Of a stretch of 38,977 bases of DNA, positions 37,487 through 38,977 are shown piece after piece; the stretch's first letter is position 1, and the number at the start of each line of letters is the position of its first letter. A program made the position numbers and the translations under genes. This DNA is from Catajapyx aquilonaris (lineage: Eukaryota), in the NCBI GenBank assembly GCA_000934665.2, contig JYFJ02003682.1, forward strand, positions 1 to 38,977, written 5' to 3'. The notes beneath the pieces were generated by a model, which did not search any database, had not been told where the DNA came from, and saw only the letters and a list, made by a program, of their open reading frames with translations.

Positions 37487-37731
37487 GTTTATTTTTACAT
37501 GTCTGACATATGCCACACACACTCTTTGGAGGGAGTGTTATGCAAGCTGTGCATGGGCTGTGATTCATCCCATGTGACTATGAGCCGGAATTGCCAATAG
37601 ACCGTGGACTGCTCACCACCACAGTCGATAGCCAGGTCAGCGCAAGAGGACAGGAAAGAGTAAGAAGGGTCAGTCGCAGTGCGACACAAGGCATGTGGTG
37701 TACTGACATGTGTGGGTATATAGTTTCAGAT

Positions 37732-37905
37732 ATGCCGCAGCTGTGTGGAGGCACTTCGGAGTTGAAGGAGGCCACGGCGGAGGTGCAGGAGCTGTGCGAG
37801 AAGGTGAAGGAGCAGGTGGAGGCTAAGGTCGGGAAGACACTGGCCGAGTTCACCGCTAAGAAGTTCAAGAGCCAGGTCGTGGCCGGGACCAACTTCTTCG
37901 TCAAG
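37732..37905 (+). CDS. Type-1 cystatin (stefin / cystatin B-like), first coding exon; 3' exon lies outside the window
   Basis: MPQLCGGTSELKEATAEVQELCEKVKEQVEAKVGKTLAEFTAKKFKSQVVAGTNFFVK|gtgcgg: N-terminal Gly, QVVAG motif, no signal peptide; acceptor tttcag 2 nt before the ATG. Confidence 0.92.
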
Positions 37906-38208
37906 GTGCGGTTCATGGATACCCAAACCACTGGGTTCGGTAAAGGGAGACGCATTGCGTCAAGTAGAGTAATTTTGCAGATAAAGAGCAGGATTATTCC
38001 ATACTAAACATGTTAGAACCTCAAGCGTACATAGTCGATGCAGTTAAAACCTGCCAGAAACGAATGGGCGTAAGACATAAATGTGATCATGAGTGGCTTG
38101 AAGGTGGTGATAATCTCCACAGTGGCTGTGTGGTGTTCAAGAAGAGTATACAGATTCATAGGAACCAATTTGGAGATCCAGATATATACTCGTATATACT
38201 GAATATAA

Positions 38209-38470
38209 TAATGGATACCCCGTGATAGGCCCCTTGGGCCTCTTAGGGGATCATTTTTTGAAAACCCGACTTTAATCATTTGCTTGAAATGTGATGGATT
38301 TTGATAGTGGGAGGAAACGGGAGAACCCCGAGAAAACCCACGCGAGCACAGAGAGAACCCATCAAAACTCTATCCACATAAGTATCCTCCGTCCGACCCG
38401 GGGATCGAACTCGGGACCTTAGAGGTGGAAGGCTGCGGCGCTAACCACTCGGCCACCGTGTCGCCCGCAG
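38209..38470 (-). mobile_element. Full-length tRNA-derived SINE with V-domain-like core and 15-bp TSD
   Basis: Minus strand: A box TGGCCGAGTGG (38455-38445), B box GTTCGATCCC (38410-38401), core gcgtgggttttctcggggttctcccgtttcctcccac, 3' GC stem-loop and ATT tail; TSD atatactgaatataa at 38194-38208 and 38471-38485. Confidence 0.92.
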
Positions 38471-38977
38471 ATATACTGAATATAAATTAGTACATGGCCA
38501 GCTTTCCTTCCCGCGACTGATCAGACCCAGGTGAAGTAAATATTTCATGATGTAATGAATGGATTTCAACCAGGCGTACCTTTATCGTGACCTTACAATA
38601 TTCCCAAAGAACTGTCACTTTTGGTTTTTTTACCTTATAATTCTACGTCAACTATCACCATCTTATGATTCCAGTCGGTCTGGCGCTCACCGGACGGAAA
38701 GCTGGCCACGAGTCACCAAATGACATACGTTCGCCTATCCTGAGGGATTGGTGATCCATTGATTAAGGGTACACTTTGTCGTATAATCGTATGTAATGCA
38801 AGTAAGCACCTATGCTTCCTTCGGAAGCATTATTATTGCATGAGCTATTGCAATCAGATGTACACTTTGCAATTGGTTACCATGTGATAGGGTTGTAGCC
38901 TCTTAAGGCCGAAACACAAAAAGATTTTGCGGCAGCGTCAAGCGGCAAATGGGTGCCTCGCCAATTATTATTAATTA

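Noticed and set aside
37906..38007. C-terminal part of the 138-aa cystatin ORF
   Set aside because: Intron read-through after the AAG|gt donor; stefin similarity stops there.
38395..38466. tRNA gene
   Set aside because: The tRNA-like head continues into a SINE body, tail and TSD, and lacks a clean acceptor stem and poly-T terminator.

Overview
Eukaryotic, arthropod genomic DNA (GT-AG introns, chitin-binding cuticle proteins, an ecdysteroid-synthesis P450); the species cannot be named from sequence alone. Five spliced genes were reconstructed by hand: two tandem RR-1 cuticle protein genes on the minus strand (0.4-4.2 kb; one carries 17 YEAPK repeats), a cuticle protein with two R&R-like domains on the plus strand (28.2-31.5 kb), a complete 8-exon mitochondrial-clan P450 best matching CYP302A1/disembodied (minus, 33.5-36.0 kb), and the first coding exon of a type-1 cystatin/stefin (plus, 37.7 kb, continuing beyond the window). 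Between the divergent cuticle genes lie about 24 kb with no recognisable gene, containing minisatellites, SINE/MITE remnants and many nuclear-receptor motifs (FTZ-F1-type YCAAGGYCA, IR3, DR0/1/4). Mobile DNA includes an apparently young V-domain-like tRNA-SINE with a perfect 15-bp TSD, a second SINE family and several palindromic MITEs. There is no CRISPR, rRNA or bona fide tRNA gene. I cannot demonstrate a new biological system. The best lead is a hypothetical co-regulated moulting neighbourhood (hormone synthesis, cuticle proteins and a protease inhibitor with shared nuclear-receptor elements).
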